A DNA stretch of 35,162 bases, taken from a virus. Lineage: Duplodnaviria > Caudoviricetes. The notes beneath the pieces are model-generated. The model did not search any database. It was not told the DNA's origin and worked only from the letters and a program-made list of their open reading frames with translations. Position 1 is the first letter of the stretch. Each line of letters opens with the position of its first letter. Positions 1 to 8,115 of the stretch are shown piece by piece. The translations under genes were made by a program, and so were the position numbers. The stretch covers positions 1 to 35,162 of the IMG/VR virus record IMGVR_UViG_3300032257_000073; one strand, 5' to 3'.

Positions 1-1
1 C

Positions 2-943
2 GCCAACCTCCTCGCCGAGAGCAACGAGATCATCGGTGATCTCTTCATGCAGCCCTCTTCGGAGGTCATGAGTCATCAGAGTTCGATCGTCGTCGGTCAG
101 CCGACCGTGTCTCTTCGGTCGTTCAACCAGGGTGTCGCCTCGACGCGCAGCCAGACCGCGCTGATCACCGACACCATGAGCATGCTCGAGACCCGGTCCA
201 TCGTGGACTCCGAGCTGCTCGCAACCTACGGCGACGCCAACGGCATTCGCTCGCGGGAGGCCATCCCGCACATCGAGGCCATGTCACAGGCCGCAGCCGA
301 GTTGATCTTCTACGGGTCGACAGGTGATGACCCCAAGGAGTTCAACGGCCTCACGATGCGGTACGACACCGCGTCGAGTGACAACTTCCTGGACGCTGGC
401 GGCACGGCCTCCAACGCCCTGTCGAGCGTCTGGCTGCTCGGCCACAAGCCGAACGTCGTCCATGGCATCTACCCCAAGAACATGCAGGCGGGGCTGAAGC
501 ACACGGACATGGGGCAGCAGGTCATCCAGACCGGCACCGGTGTCGATGGCGGCACCATGGACGCCTTCCTGGACGTCTTCCGCTTCAAGCTCGGTCTCGT
601 CATCAAGGATTGGCGCTACGTTGCGCGCATCGGCAACGTCGATGTCAGCGGTGACCTCACGCCGATCACCGACAAGCAGGCGCTGACCGGTGCCTACGAC
701 ACGCAGTTGCTGTATCTGATGGCCAAGGCGCTTCACCGGATCCCGCGCACCTCTGGCGTCCGGCCGTGCTTCTACATGCCTCGCTCCATCTTCGAGGGGC
801 TCCACGTTCTGGCGCTGGCGCAGAAGAACGCCAACGTCTTCACCATCGAGCAGGTCGCCAACTCGGGCCCCATGGTTCGCTACATGGGCATCCCGCTGAA
901 GATCTGCGACCAGTTGCTCTACACCGAGCCCCAGGTCGTCTGA
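2..943 (+). CDS. Major capsid protein (BPP-1 Bbp17-like, HK97 fold), 5'-truncated
   Basis: The frame is open from the window edge (ANLLAESNEIIGDL...). Motifs IFYG...PKEFNGLTMRY, SSVWL, HGIYPK..AGL and GLVIKDWRYVARIGNVD match this capsid family. Confidence 0.9.
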   Translation, partial: ANLLAESNEIIGDLFMQPSSEVMSHQSSIVVGQPTVSLRSFNQGVASTRSQTALITDTMSMLETRSIVDSELLATYGDANGIRSREAIPHIEAMSQAAAELIFYGSTGDDPKEFNGLTMRYDTASSDNFLDAGGTASNALSSVWLLGHKPNVVHGIYPKNMQAGLKHTDMGQQVIQTGTGVDGGTMDAFLDVFRFKLGLVIKDWRYVARIGNVDVSGDLTPITDKQALTGAYDTQLLYLMAKALHRIPRTSGVRPCFYMPRSIFEGLHVLALAQKNANVFTIEQVANSGPMVRYMGIPLKICDQLLYTEPQVV

Positions 944-978
944 CCTGATCTCGCGACCCTCGAAACAGGAGACAGACC

Positions 979-1485
979 ATGGGTTTCATGGACGCACACA
1001 ACACACTCGCCACCACGTTGAACATGTTCGCCAACAGCGGCTCGGACGTGATGACCACCAGTGCCTACGACACTGGTCCCATCGCGACGGGCAACTCGGG
1101 CGCCGACATGGGCACCGCAACCGAGCTGCTGGTTCGGGTGACGGTGACCACCACGTTCACCGGCGCCAGCGGCAGCCTCGTCACCTTCACGGTGGAGTCG
1201 AGCAGCTCGGCGACGGACTTCTCGTCCTCGACCACGCACTACACCAGTGCGGCCTACTCGGCCGAGACGGGGCTGAACGCCTACAAGTTCGGCGACAGCT
1301 CCCATGAGCACCAGGGCACCGTGATCTACATGCGGCTGTCCCCGGGTGAGACGTGGAACCGGTACGTCGGTGTCCGCGCGTCGACCACGGCAGCCAACAG
1401 CACGGCTGGCGCCTGCACGGTCGACATCTGCACTGACCCGGCGGTCATCGCTCAGTACGCGAGTGGCATGAACTTCGACAGCTGA
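979..1485 (+). CDS. Capsid cement/decoration protein (Bbp16-like)
   Basis: Directly follows the capsid gene, RBS AGGAG. Beta-rich Ser/Thr protein with D.G..DMG...L.V.V...F and RYVGVR pattern. Confidence 0.7.
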   Translation: MGFMDAHNTLATTLNMFANSGSDVMTTSAYDTGPIATGNSGADMGTATELLVRVTVTTTFTGASGSLVTFTVESSSSATDFSSSTTHYTSAAYSAETGLNAYKFGDSSHEHQGTVIYMRLSPGETWNRYVGVRASTTAANSTAGACTVDICTDPAVIAQYASGMNFDS

Positions 1486-1505
1486 CCCCCAAGAGGACCT
1501 TCCTG

Positions 1506-1916
1506 ATGGCCCTGATCCGACTGCGCGTCCGCGAGGACATCGACGACCCGTTCATCATCGTGCCCCTGCACCCGCAGCTGCACGACGAGACGCACGAGGT
1601 CCTGGGCTACACCAACGGGAAGGTCCGCAAGGGCATCGAGTTCATCTGGCGGGCGCACCCCGGGGGCATCCCCGACCATCTGGTCGAGGTGGTCGAGGAC
1701 CCCCGGGGCGCGGCTCAGGTCAAGAAGGACGAGAAGGTCTGGGCGGAGTACCAGGAGGCGTGCCTGGAGGCACGCGCCAAGCTGGATCGGCGCCCGGGAA
1801 GCAAGGTGACGATGCCGGCCTACCCGATGGGCCGGGTGCTCGCCAAGCCGGGTCGCAAGAAGACCGAGAAGCCGGAGCCCGTCGGAGCTGGAGCCCGGCC
1901 CTCCGACGGAGAGTGA
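1506..1916 (+). CDS. Hypothetical protein (head module)
   Basis: RBS GAGGA, high GC3, fills the gap between cement and adaptor genes; Lys/Pro-rich C-terminus. Confidence 0.7.
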   Translation: MALIRLRVREDIDDPFIIVPLHPQLHDETHEVLGYTNGKVRKGIEFIWRAHPGGIPDHLVEVVEDPRGAAQVKKDEKVWAEYQEACLEARAKLDRRPGSKVTMPAYPMGRVLAKPGRKKTEKPEPVGAGARPSDGE

Positions 1917-1922
1917 CCCACG

Positions 1923-2612
1923 ATGGTGACCCACACGGAGATCACCATCTGCAACATGGCCCTCGAGCACATCGGCATCGGTGTGAAGTTGGCCAGCACT
2001 GACGGGACCCTCGCCAACGCCACGACGACGACAGGCGAGGAGTACACCGAGTGCAACTTCTGGTACCCGAAGGTCCGTGACCTCGTACTGGCGGCGGCCC
2101 CGTGGGGCTTCTCGATGAAGTACGCCACGCTGTCGGAGGCTGACGACGGTACGAGCGAGGTCTGGACTGATCACTGGGATCGCGCCTACACCTACCCTTC
2201 GGACTGCCTGCGCTTCTGGCGCTTCATCGACGACGAAGGGGTGGGGCTGTCGGCGCGCTACGACAGCGAAGGGTGGCTCATGCTGGCTCCCGGCGGGAGC
2301 TACCCTTACGAGGTGCGCAACCACGACAGCAGCGTCGTGATCATGTCCAACACGCCGACGGACTGCGCCCAGGTCGAGTACATCTACGCCAACACGACCG
2401 TCAGCAACTACCCACAGAGCTTCTCGTCGCTGCTCTCGTGGCGCCTGGCTGAGCGGATCGCCGCACCCCTGTCCGTGTCCGCTGAGAGGGTGACGCGGGC
2501 GCAGACCGAGGGCATCCGGATGTGGCAGCACGCGCTCGGGCAGATGATGAACGAGCAGCAGCGTCGCCGGCCTCGTGCAGGCCCGTCGATCTCGGCTCGC
2601 GGCGGTGACTGA
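1923..2612 (+). CDS. Tail tubular protein A / head-tail adaptor (T7 gp11-like)
   Basis: ICNMAL.HIG, C..WYP..RD.VL...PW.F, Y.YPSDCLR and F...LSWRLA..IA.PL are characteristic of this family. Confidence 0.85.
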   Translation: MVTHTEITICNMALEHIGIGVKLASTDGTLANATTTTGEEYTECNFWYPKVRDLVLAAAPWGFSMKYATLSEADDGTSEVWTDHWDRAYTYPSDCLRFWRFIDDEGVGLSARYDSEGWLMLAPGGSYPYEVRNHDSSVVIMSNTPTDCAQVEYIYANTTVSNYPQSFSSLLSWRLAERIAAPLSVSAERVTRAQTEGIRMWQHALGQMMNEQQRRRPRAGPSISARGGD

Positions 2613-5453
2613 ATGGTCAATATCCACCAGCGGTCTTTCGCCGGTGGGCTGATTGACTCGGCCCTGTCCGGCCGCATCGACCGGCCGCAGCGAGCACAGG
2701 GCGTCAAGGCCCTCAACAACTGGTACGTCACCCGGCTCGGTTCGATCCAGAACAGAGGAGGTCTGCGCTATTGTGGGACCTTCAAGGACAGCCACGACGA
2801 CATCCGGCTGTGGGCCTACAAGATCGACGAGTCGACGGCTTACCTCCTGGAGGTCGGGGAGAAGTACATCCGCTTCTGGAACGCAGGCGCGGTCAAGGCG
2901 ATCACGGGTGGATACACCTCCTGGGCAGACCTCACGCCCTACGAGCCCGGTGACATCGTCGAGGAGACCGTGGGCGGCACGTTCCATTACTGCGTGGCAA
3001 CACACACGAGCGCCTCCGGGACGAACGGCCCGGCGACTGCCGGCACCGAGGACGACTTCTGGTACGCGCTGACGGCCAGTGGGTCCGACGCGATCCTCGA
3101 GGTGCCCACGCCCTACGCGCAGGCTGACCTCTCGGGCCTTGATATCAAGCAGAGCGGCAGCGAGGTCGTCTTCACGAGCCGCAATCACCCTCAGCACATC
3201 CTCAAGCGCAACGGCGACCTGGACTGGAGTATGCTCCCGATGGAGGTCAAGGCCACCATCGCGGCCCCGGTCGTGCAGGTGGGCTCGCCGAACGGCGACA
3301 CTGCCGGGTCGCAGGACATCCGCTACCGAGTGTCGGCGATCAAGTCGGGCACGTTCGAGGAGTCGTTGCCGTGCAGCGATGGCGACACGACCTACACAGG
3401 CAAGGCTGTCGCTGACCCTGAGGTGACCAGCGGCGACCTGCAGGTCACGCACCTCTCTCACCCGTTCGACAACGGTGACGAGATCCACATCACGGGCGTC
3501 GATGCCGCTTCAGGCGAGGCGAACGAGAACGCCGTGCTCGCTCTGAAGGACAAGATCTTCGTGGTGTCAGGGTCGACCACGCACGCCTTCCTGCTGAGAG
3601 ACACTGACGGGCTGCTGACCCGGCCCTCGATCGCGACGAGTTGGCCCGACATCACGATCGACTACGCGCTTGCGTGGTATCCGCGCCTCAGCCACAGCTT
3701 CCCGAAGCCGACGCAGCACAAGATCCAACTGACCTGGGCTGAGATCGATGACGCTCAGGAATACTGGGTCTACCGCTCGGTGGACAGCGGCCCCTTTGGC
3801 TTCATCGGTTCGACGCGGACGCTCGACTTCCTCGACGAGGGGCAGATTGCCGACGAGGAGTTCACGCCCAAGATCTTCCGCAACCCCTTCGTGGATGGTG
3901 CTTGGCCGTCGGCAGTTGGGGAGCACCAGCAGCGACGCTTCTTCGCATCGACGGACGACGACCCGCGTCGCGTCTACGGCTCGGTCACGGGCGATGCCGA
4001 CGACTACTCGGTGCGGTCCCCCATCGAGGATGCCGACGCGCTCGAGTTCGCCATCGCGGACGAGAGGGCTGACGAGGTCCGGCACCTGACGAACCTCGGC
4101 CAACTGATCGTGATGACCAACGGGTCGATCTGGACTGCGGCCGGCGACGGCGCCGGGACGATCACGCCGACGCTCATCAACCTCCAGACGCTCTCGACGG
4201 AAGGGGCGGCTGCGTCGCCAGCCCCGCTGCGGATCGGCGACGGGATCCTCTACGTCGAGTCTCTCGGGTCGATCGTTCGTGAGCTGCGCTTCGACATCCA
4301 GGAGGGCGGCTTCGCGGGGTACTCGCCGTCAGATGTGACGGTCTTCGCCAAGTCGATCTTCGACGGCTACACGATCAGCAACTGGGACTACGCCCGGGTT
4401 CCCAACTCCATCGGCTGGATGTGCCGCAATGACGGCACACTCCTTGGCGTCTCCCATCTGAGGGACCAGGAGATCCTTGCGTGGTCGACGCACACGACGG
4501 CGGCGAGCGGCGAGTTCAAGGACGTCGCAGTGATCCCCGAGGACGGCGTCGACACGCCCTACTTCTTCGTGAAGCGCACGATCGATGGCGCTGTCGTGAG
4601 GAACATGGAGAGGCTGTCTCCGCGCAAGGTGGGTCAGTACCAGCAGGACCAGCACCTCGCGTCCGTCTTCCTGGACTCGTCGCTGACCTACGACGGGACG
4701 CACTCGGCGGCAACCACGACGATGGAGCTGACTGGTGGTTCGACCTGGGCGTCTGGCGAGACAGGCCTGACCCTCACGGCTGGGGCAGCAACCTTCCCTG
4801 GTGACGCGAGCAACGTCGGCGAGGGCTACCGTCTCCAGAGCGCGACGGACTCCAGCGTCTACGTCGAAGTCCAGGTGACCGGGGACGCCTCGACGACCGT
4901 GCAGACGGTGACGCTCTTGACGGCCTGCCCGGCCGCGCTGCAGTCCACCAGCACGACCTCGTGGGTCGCCATGGTCCGGGACTTCCCGACGAGCCTGTCT
5001 CACCTGGAGGGCGAGTCGGTCACTGTCCTGGCGGACAGCAACGTGCTGGGGCCCTACACCGTGACGAGCGGCGCGATCAGCCAACTCTCGAGGCCCTACG
5101 GGATCATGCACATCGGGCTGCTCATCCCGGAGACCGATGTCCGCCTGTTCGACGTGGACTCGGCCGACCAGGGCGGCAGCGCGCTCTACGACAGGATGAA
5201 GCAGGTCCAGGCCGTGACCCTCGACGTGCGGAACACTCGCGGGATCCAGGCCGGGCCCGACGCGAGCTACCTCGCAGACCTCGCTGTGGATGGTGACGAC
5301 ACCACGACCGGGCTGCTCACGGGCCTTCGGCGCTGTAGGATCAAGAGCCGCCCATCGCTGACAGGCGCCGAGCTTCTGATCCGCCAGTCGCTGCCGCTGC
5401 CAGCGGAGATCTACGGCGTCGTCCGCGAGGTTCATTTCGGAGAGGCACCATGA
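2613..5453 (+). CDS. Tail tubular protein B / nozzle (T7 gp12-like) with inserted domains
   Basis: QRSFAGG, GSIQNRGG, YIRF, PTPY, QS..V, WPSAV..HQQR.FF, AWSTH, FLDS and LSHLEGESV.VLAD motifs. Confidence 0.85.
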   Translation: MVNIHQRSFAGGLIDSALSGRIDRPQRAQGVKALNNWYVTRLGSIQNRGGLRYCGTFKDSHDDIRLWAYKIDESTAYLLEVGEKYIRFWNAGAVKAITGGYTSWADLTPYEPGDIVEETVGGTFHYCVATHTSASGTNGPATAGTEDDFWYALTASGSDAILEVPTPYAQADLSGLDIKQSGSEVVFTSRNHPQHILKRNGDLDWSMLPMEVKATIAAPVVQVGSPNGDTAGSQDIRYRVSAIKSGTFEESLPCSDGDTTYTGKAVADPEVTSGDLQVTHLSHPFDNGDEIHITGVDAASGEANENAVLALKDKIFVVSGSTTHAFLLRDTDGLLTRPSIATSWPDITIDYALAWYPRLSHSFPKPTQHKIQLTWAEIDDAQEYWVYRSVDSGPFGFIGSTRTLDFLDEGQIADEEFTPKIFRNPFVDGAWPSAVGEHQQRRFFASTDDDPRRVYGSVTGDADDYSVRSPIEDADALEFAIADERADEVRHLTNLGQLIVMTNGSIWTAAGDGAGTITPTLINLQTLSTEGAAASPAPLRIGDGILYVESLGSIVRELRFDIQEGGFAGYSPSDVTVFAKSIFDGYTISNWDYARVPNSIGWMCRNDGTLLGVSHLRDQEILAWSTHTTAASGEFKDVAVIPEDGVDTPYFFVKRTIDGAVVRNMERLSPRKVGQYQQDQHLASVFLDSSLTYDGTHSAATTTMELTGGSTWASGETGLTLTAGAATFPGDASNVGEGYRLQSATDSSVYVEVQVTGDASTTVQTVTLLTACPAALQSTSTTSWVAMVRDFPTSLSHLEGESVTVLADSNVLGPYTVTSGAISQLSRPYGIMHIGLLIPETDVRLFDVDSADQGGSALYDRMKQVQAVTLDVRNTRGIQAGPDASYLADLAVDGDDTTTGLLTGLRRCRIKSRPSLTGAELLIRQSLPLPAEIYGVVREVHFGEAP

Positions 5454-5995
5454 GCATGGCCGTCGGTGACATCCTCCTTGCAGAGGACCAGGGCAAGGCT
5501 CACAAGTACAACGCCGAGTTGTCGGTGCTCAAGGGCCGAGAGGCTGTGCGCCAGGGGCAGGACAGGTCGGCTCGAGCGCAACTCGAGGGGCGGGCACTGC
5601 AGTCGTCTCAGCGAGCAGCTGCGGCTGGCCAGGGCGTCGACCTCAGCGCAGGCGGAACGATCACCAGCATCCAGGAGGGCACGGCGGCGACGGTCGGGCA
5701 CCGGATGCGGCAGATCAAGAACAACGCGGCCCTGGCTGCCCGGGGGCACCAGTTCGAGGCGGACGCCCACGAGAAGGCGGCCGACATGGCGATCAAGGCT
5801 GGCTACATGAACGCCATGGGCACGCTGGTCCAGGAGTTCGGCAACTTCGAGCAGGTCGCAGCGAAGAACGACTGGTGGCGGACGACGTCGCCGTCGGACG
5901 ACGGGGGCGGCGGGGCGCTGCAGGGGCTCGATGAGTTGTGGGACGGGCTGTGGGGCTGGATCTCTGGGACGGCCGGTAGTGGGAGCGCCCCGTGA
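5450..5995 (+). CDS. Internal virion protein (small ejection protein)
   Basis: ATGA overlap with the nozzle gene. Ala/Gln-rich with Q.AAAAGQGVD.S.G motif typical of podovirus internal proteins. Confidence 0.7.
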   Translation: MSMAVGDILLAEDQGKAHKYNAELSVLKGREAVRQGQDRSARAQLEGRALQSSQRAAAAGQGVDLSAGGTITSIQEGTAATVGHRMRQIKNNAALAARGHQFEADAHEKAADMAIKAGYMNAMGTLVQEFGNFEQVAAKNDWWRTTSPSDDGGGGALQGLDELWDGLWGWISGTAGSGSAP

Positions 5996-8115
5996 GGATC
6001 CCGACCATCCCGACAGCGGGAGGGGCGGTCTCCTCGGATGTCGAACGCGCCGCGCTGGCCCCCGGCGCCCAGCGTCCAGTCCCTGGCCAGAGCCTGAACG
6101 CCCGCAGGGTCCTGGGGGCCGTGGGCGAGGTGTCGGCCGGCATCGCGGCGCGGCAGGCTGACCGCTCGAACAGGCGCATCGCGTCGAAGGCGGTGGTGGA
6201 CCTCAGCGCCTTGGCGGACAAGACGTGGTACCGGCCTCTCGACGGCGAGGAAGTGCCGCTGTCGGATCTCGAGGGCGAGCGGTACGCCGAGGTCGGCCAG
6301 ACTGCGATGCAGCTCTACCAGGAGGGTCACGCCGAAGTCCTCGGGGGGCTCAGTGAGGTCCAGAGAGAGCTGGTCCAGAGAGAGTCTGCAGCCATCGCAC
6401 TGGGCTTCGGCCGCCGAGTCTCGACGCGGATGGAAGAGGTCGAGGGCCGGATGGAGCTGGCCCAGTACCAGCAATCGAAGGTCGTTCATCAGGGACGCGC
6501 AATCGACGCTGCGAAGGACATCAGCATCAACCCCGACGGGACGATCAACGACGCCCCTGTCGAGAACACCCTAGATATTTTCAAGGCAACAGTTGGGGCT
6601 CACCTCGCGAGCAACTTCGATAGGATCGCCGGCAACGAAGAAGACGGCCTCATGTGGGAACGCTCGCAGATCGAGCCGGTCGAGCGCAAGGTGCGAGCAG
6701 ACGTCCTGCGCTCGCTGATCGACGGTGGCCGCTTGGCTGAAGCTGAGTTGTACGCAGAGGAGTACAGGCTGAGCATGGGCGCTGGCGTCTTCGAGCAAGA
6801 GCGCGAGCGTATCGCCGCCAAGCAGCTGATCATCACCAAGGCCGATATGGCGGCGGGCGTCGCGTCTGAAGTGCCCTACGTTTCTGGTTCAAAGGAGCGG
6901 CGTGAGGCCGTTTACACGGGCGGTGGCCTGCCTGTGATGACACCGTCGCAGGTGCTGTCGGCGCGCCTCGCCAAGGTCGACCAGGGCGTCAGGGATGGCG
7001 TCATCGACGCGGACAGCGCTCGTGACGTGAAGGGCATGATCCGCCAGGACTTCGCTGATCAGGTCGCGCGTGCGACGGAGCGTCAGAATGAGATCTTGGG
7101 CGACTGGAACCGCGACTTGATCGGGACGGAGGTCACGGACATCAAGGCCCTCCAGACAGACTCCCGTTGGGATCAGCTGAGCGAAGAGCATCAGGGCATC
7201 CTGGAAGAGACGATGCTGCTCAACGCGGGCGTGCTGAGGGAACGTGACTTCTACAGCACCGAAGTCGCCGCGACTCGATGGGCGATGAAGAGTCCGCGTG
7301 AGTTCGCTGAGTTCCCGCTCGCAAGCATCGAGGCGGCCCTCGGCGGTCTCGGTAGCGATCAGTACAAGCGCCTGGAGCGCCTCCAACGAGAGACCCGTGG
7401 CGACCTCTCCCAGAGCAAGCTCTTCAGGAACAAGGAGTTGGTCGAGAAGTTCATCGAGGCGAACGTCGCCCTATTTGAGAACGAGAATGATGCGCTCTCG
7501 TTCATGATCGAGATGACGACGTTTGTCGACGATGCAACCGACTCGGAAGAGTTGGCTGGGTTCATGACCCACCTCACCCGGGACGTCATCACGGGGCAGG
7601 GCGGGCTGACGCCCGACACGAAGCAGCTTCGGCACATCACCTACGGCGACATCCCTGAGAGCGAGATCCCTGGTGTCATCGGGTCTTTGGTCGGCGACGG
7701 GTTGATCTCCCCTTCCGACGCCAGTGCCTACCGCAGCGGCGCAGCGTCGGCCCGCGAGATGGCTGAGTTGAAGGGCCTGATCGTTGACCGATGGGCGGAG
7801 ACGCGCGAGGACGCGCCGGACACCACGATCGTTGACGACGCGCTTGGCGCGAGCGCCGCTGCTGTCTCCATGGGCGCGAGGGCTGCTGGCGAGTCTTTCA
7901 TCGCCCGCGCCCTGAGAGAGCGCGTAGGCGACACGATGGAGTTCCTTGGGTTTGGCGAGAAGGCGGAGCGCGGACAGGTGAGGCGCTACGCCATCAAGCA
8001 TGGCATGAACCTCAGCACTGAGGCCGACTGGGCTGCGGCTCGCCGTGCTTGGACAGAGCGCATGGGCGAAGGCGACACGAACCCAAGCAACATGCTAGGC
8101 AGCATTGGCCTGTGA
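5992..8115 (+). CDS. Internal virion protein (helical ejection protein)
   Basis: GTGA overlap, MRIPT start typical for this position, 707 aa of predicted helical composition. Confidence 0.65.
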   Translation: MRIPTIPTAGGAVSSDVERAALAPGAQRPVPGQSLNARRVLGAVGEVSAGIAARQADRSNRRIASKAVVDLSALADKTWYRPLDGEEVPLSDLEGERYAEVGQTAMQLYQEGHAEVLGGLSEVQRELVQRESAAIALGFGRRVSTRMEEVEGRMELAQYQQSKVVHQGRAIDAAKDISINPDGTINDAPVENTLDIFKATVGAHLASNFDRIAGNEEDGLMWERSQIEPVERKVRADVLRSLIDGGRLAEAELYAEEYRLSMGAGVFEQERERIAAKQLIITKADMAAGVASEVPYVSGSKERREAVYTGGGLPVMTPSQVLSARLAKVDQGVRDGVIDADSARDVKGMIRQDFADQVARATERQNEILGDWNRDLIGTEVTDIKALQTDSRWDQLSEEHQGILEETMLLNAGVLRERDFYSTEVAATRWAMKSPREFAEFPLASIEAALGGLGSDQYKRLERLQRETRGDLSQSKLFRNKELVEKFIEANVALFENENDALSFMIEMTTFVDDATDSEELAGFMTHLTRDVITGQGGLTPDTKQLRHITYGDIPESEIPGVIGSLVGDGLISPSDASAYRSGAASAREMAELKGLIVDRWAETREDAPDTTIVDDALGASAAAVSMGARAAGESFIARALRERVGDTMEFLGFGEKAERGQVRRYAIKHGMNLSTEADWAAARRAWTERMGEGDTNPSNMLGSIGL
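6909..6918 (+). repeat. Dispersed 10-mer CGTTTACACG, copy 1
   Basis: Exact match; read as GTT TAC ACG in the 707-aa gene. Confidence 0.8.

Noticed and set aside
1345-1360. Second parS-like half site (ACGTGGAAC)
   Set aside because: Only one arm matches; not palindromic.
1452-3488. 678-aa minus-strand ORF (also 4329..5435 and 12099..13316)
   Set aside because: Antisense shadows of well-supported structural genes caused by high GC3; no motifs.
8049-8111. ORF-track starts at 8049, 16870, 22018, 25895, 29376, 30341, 32205, 33066 and 34255
   Set aside because: These are longest-ORF extensions overlapping neighbouring genes or non-coding control DNA. Downstream starts with an RBS/leader or stop-start coupling were used instead.
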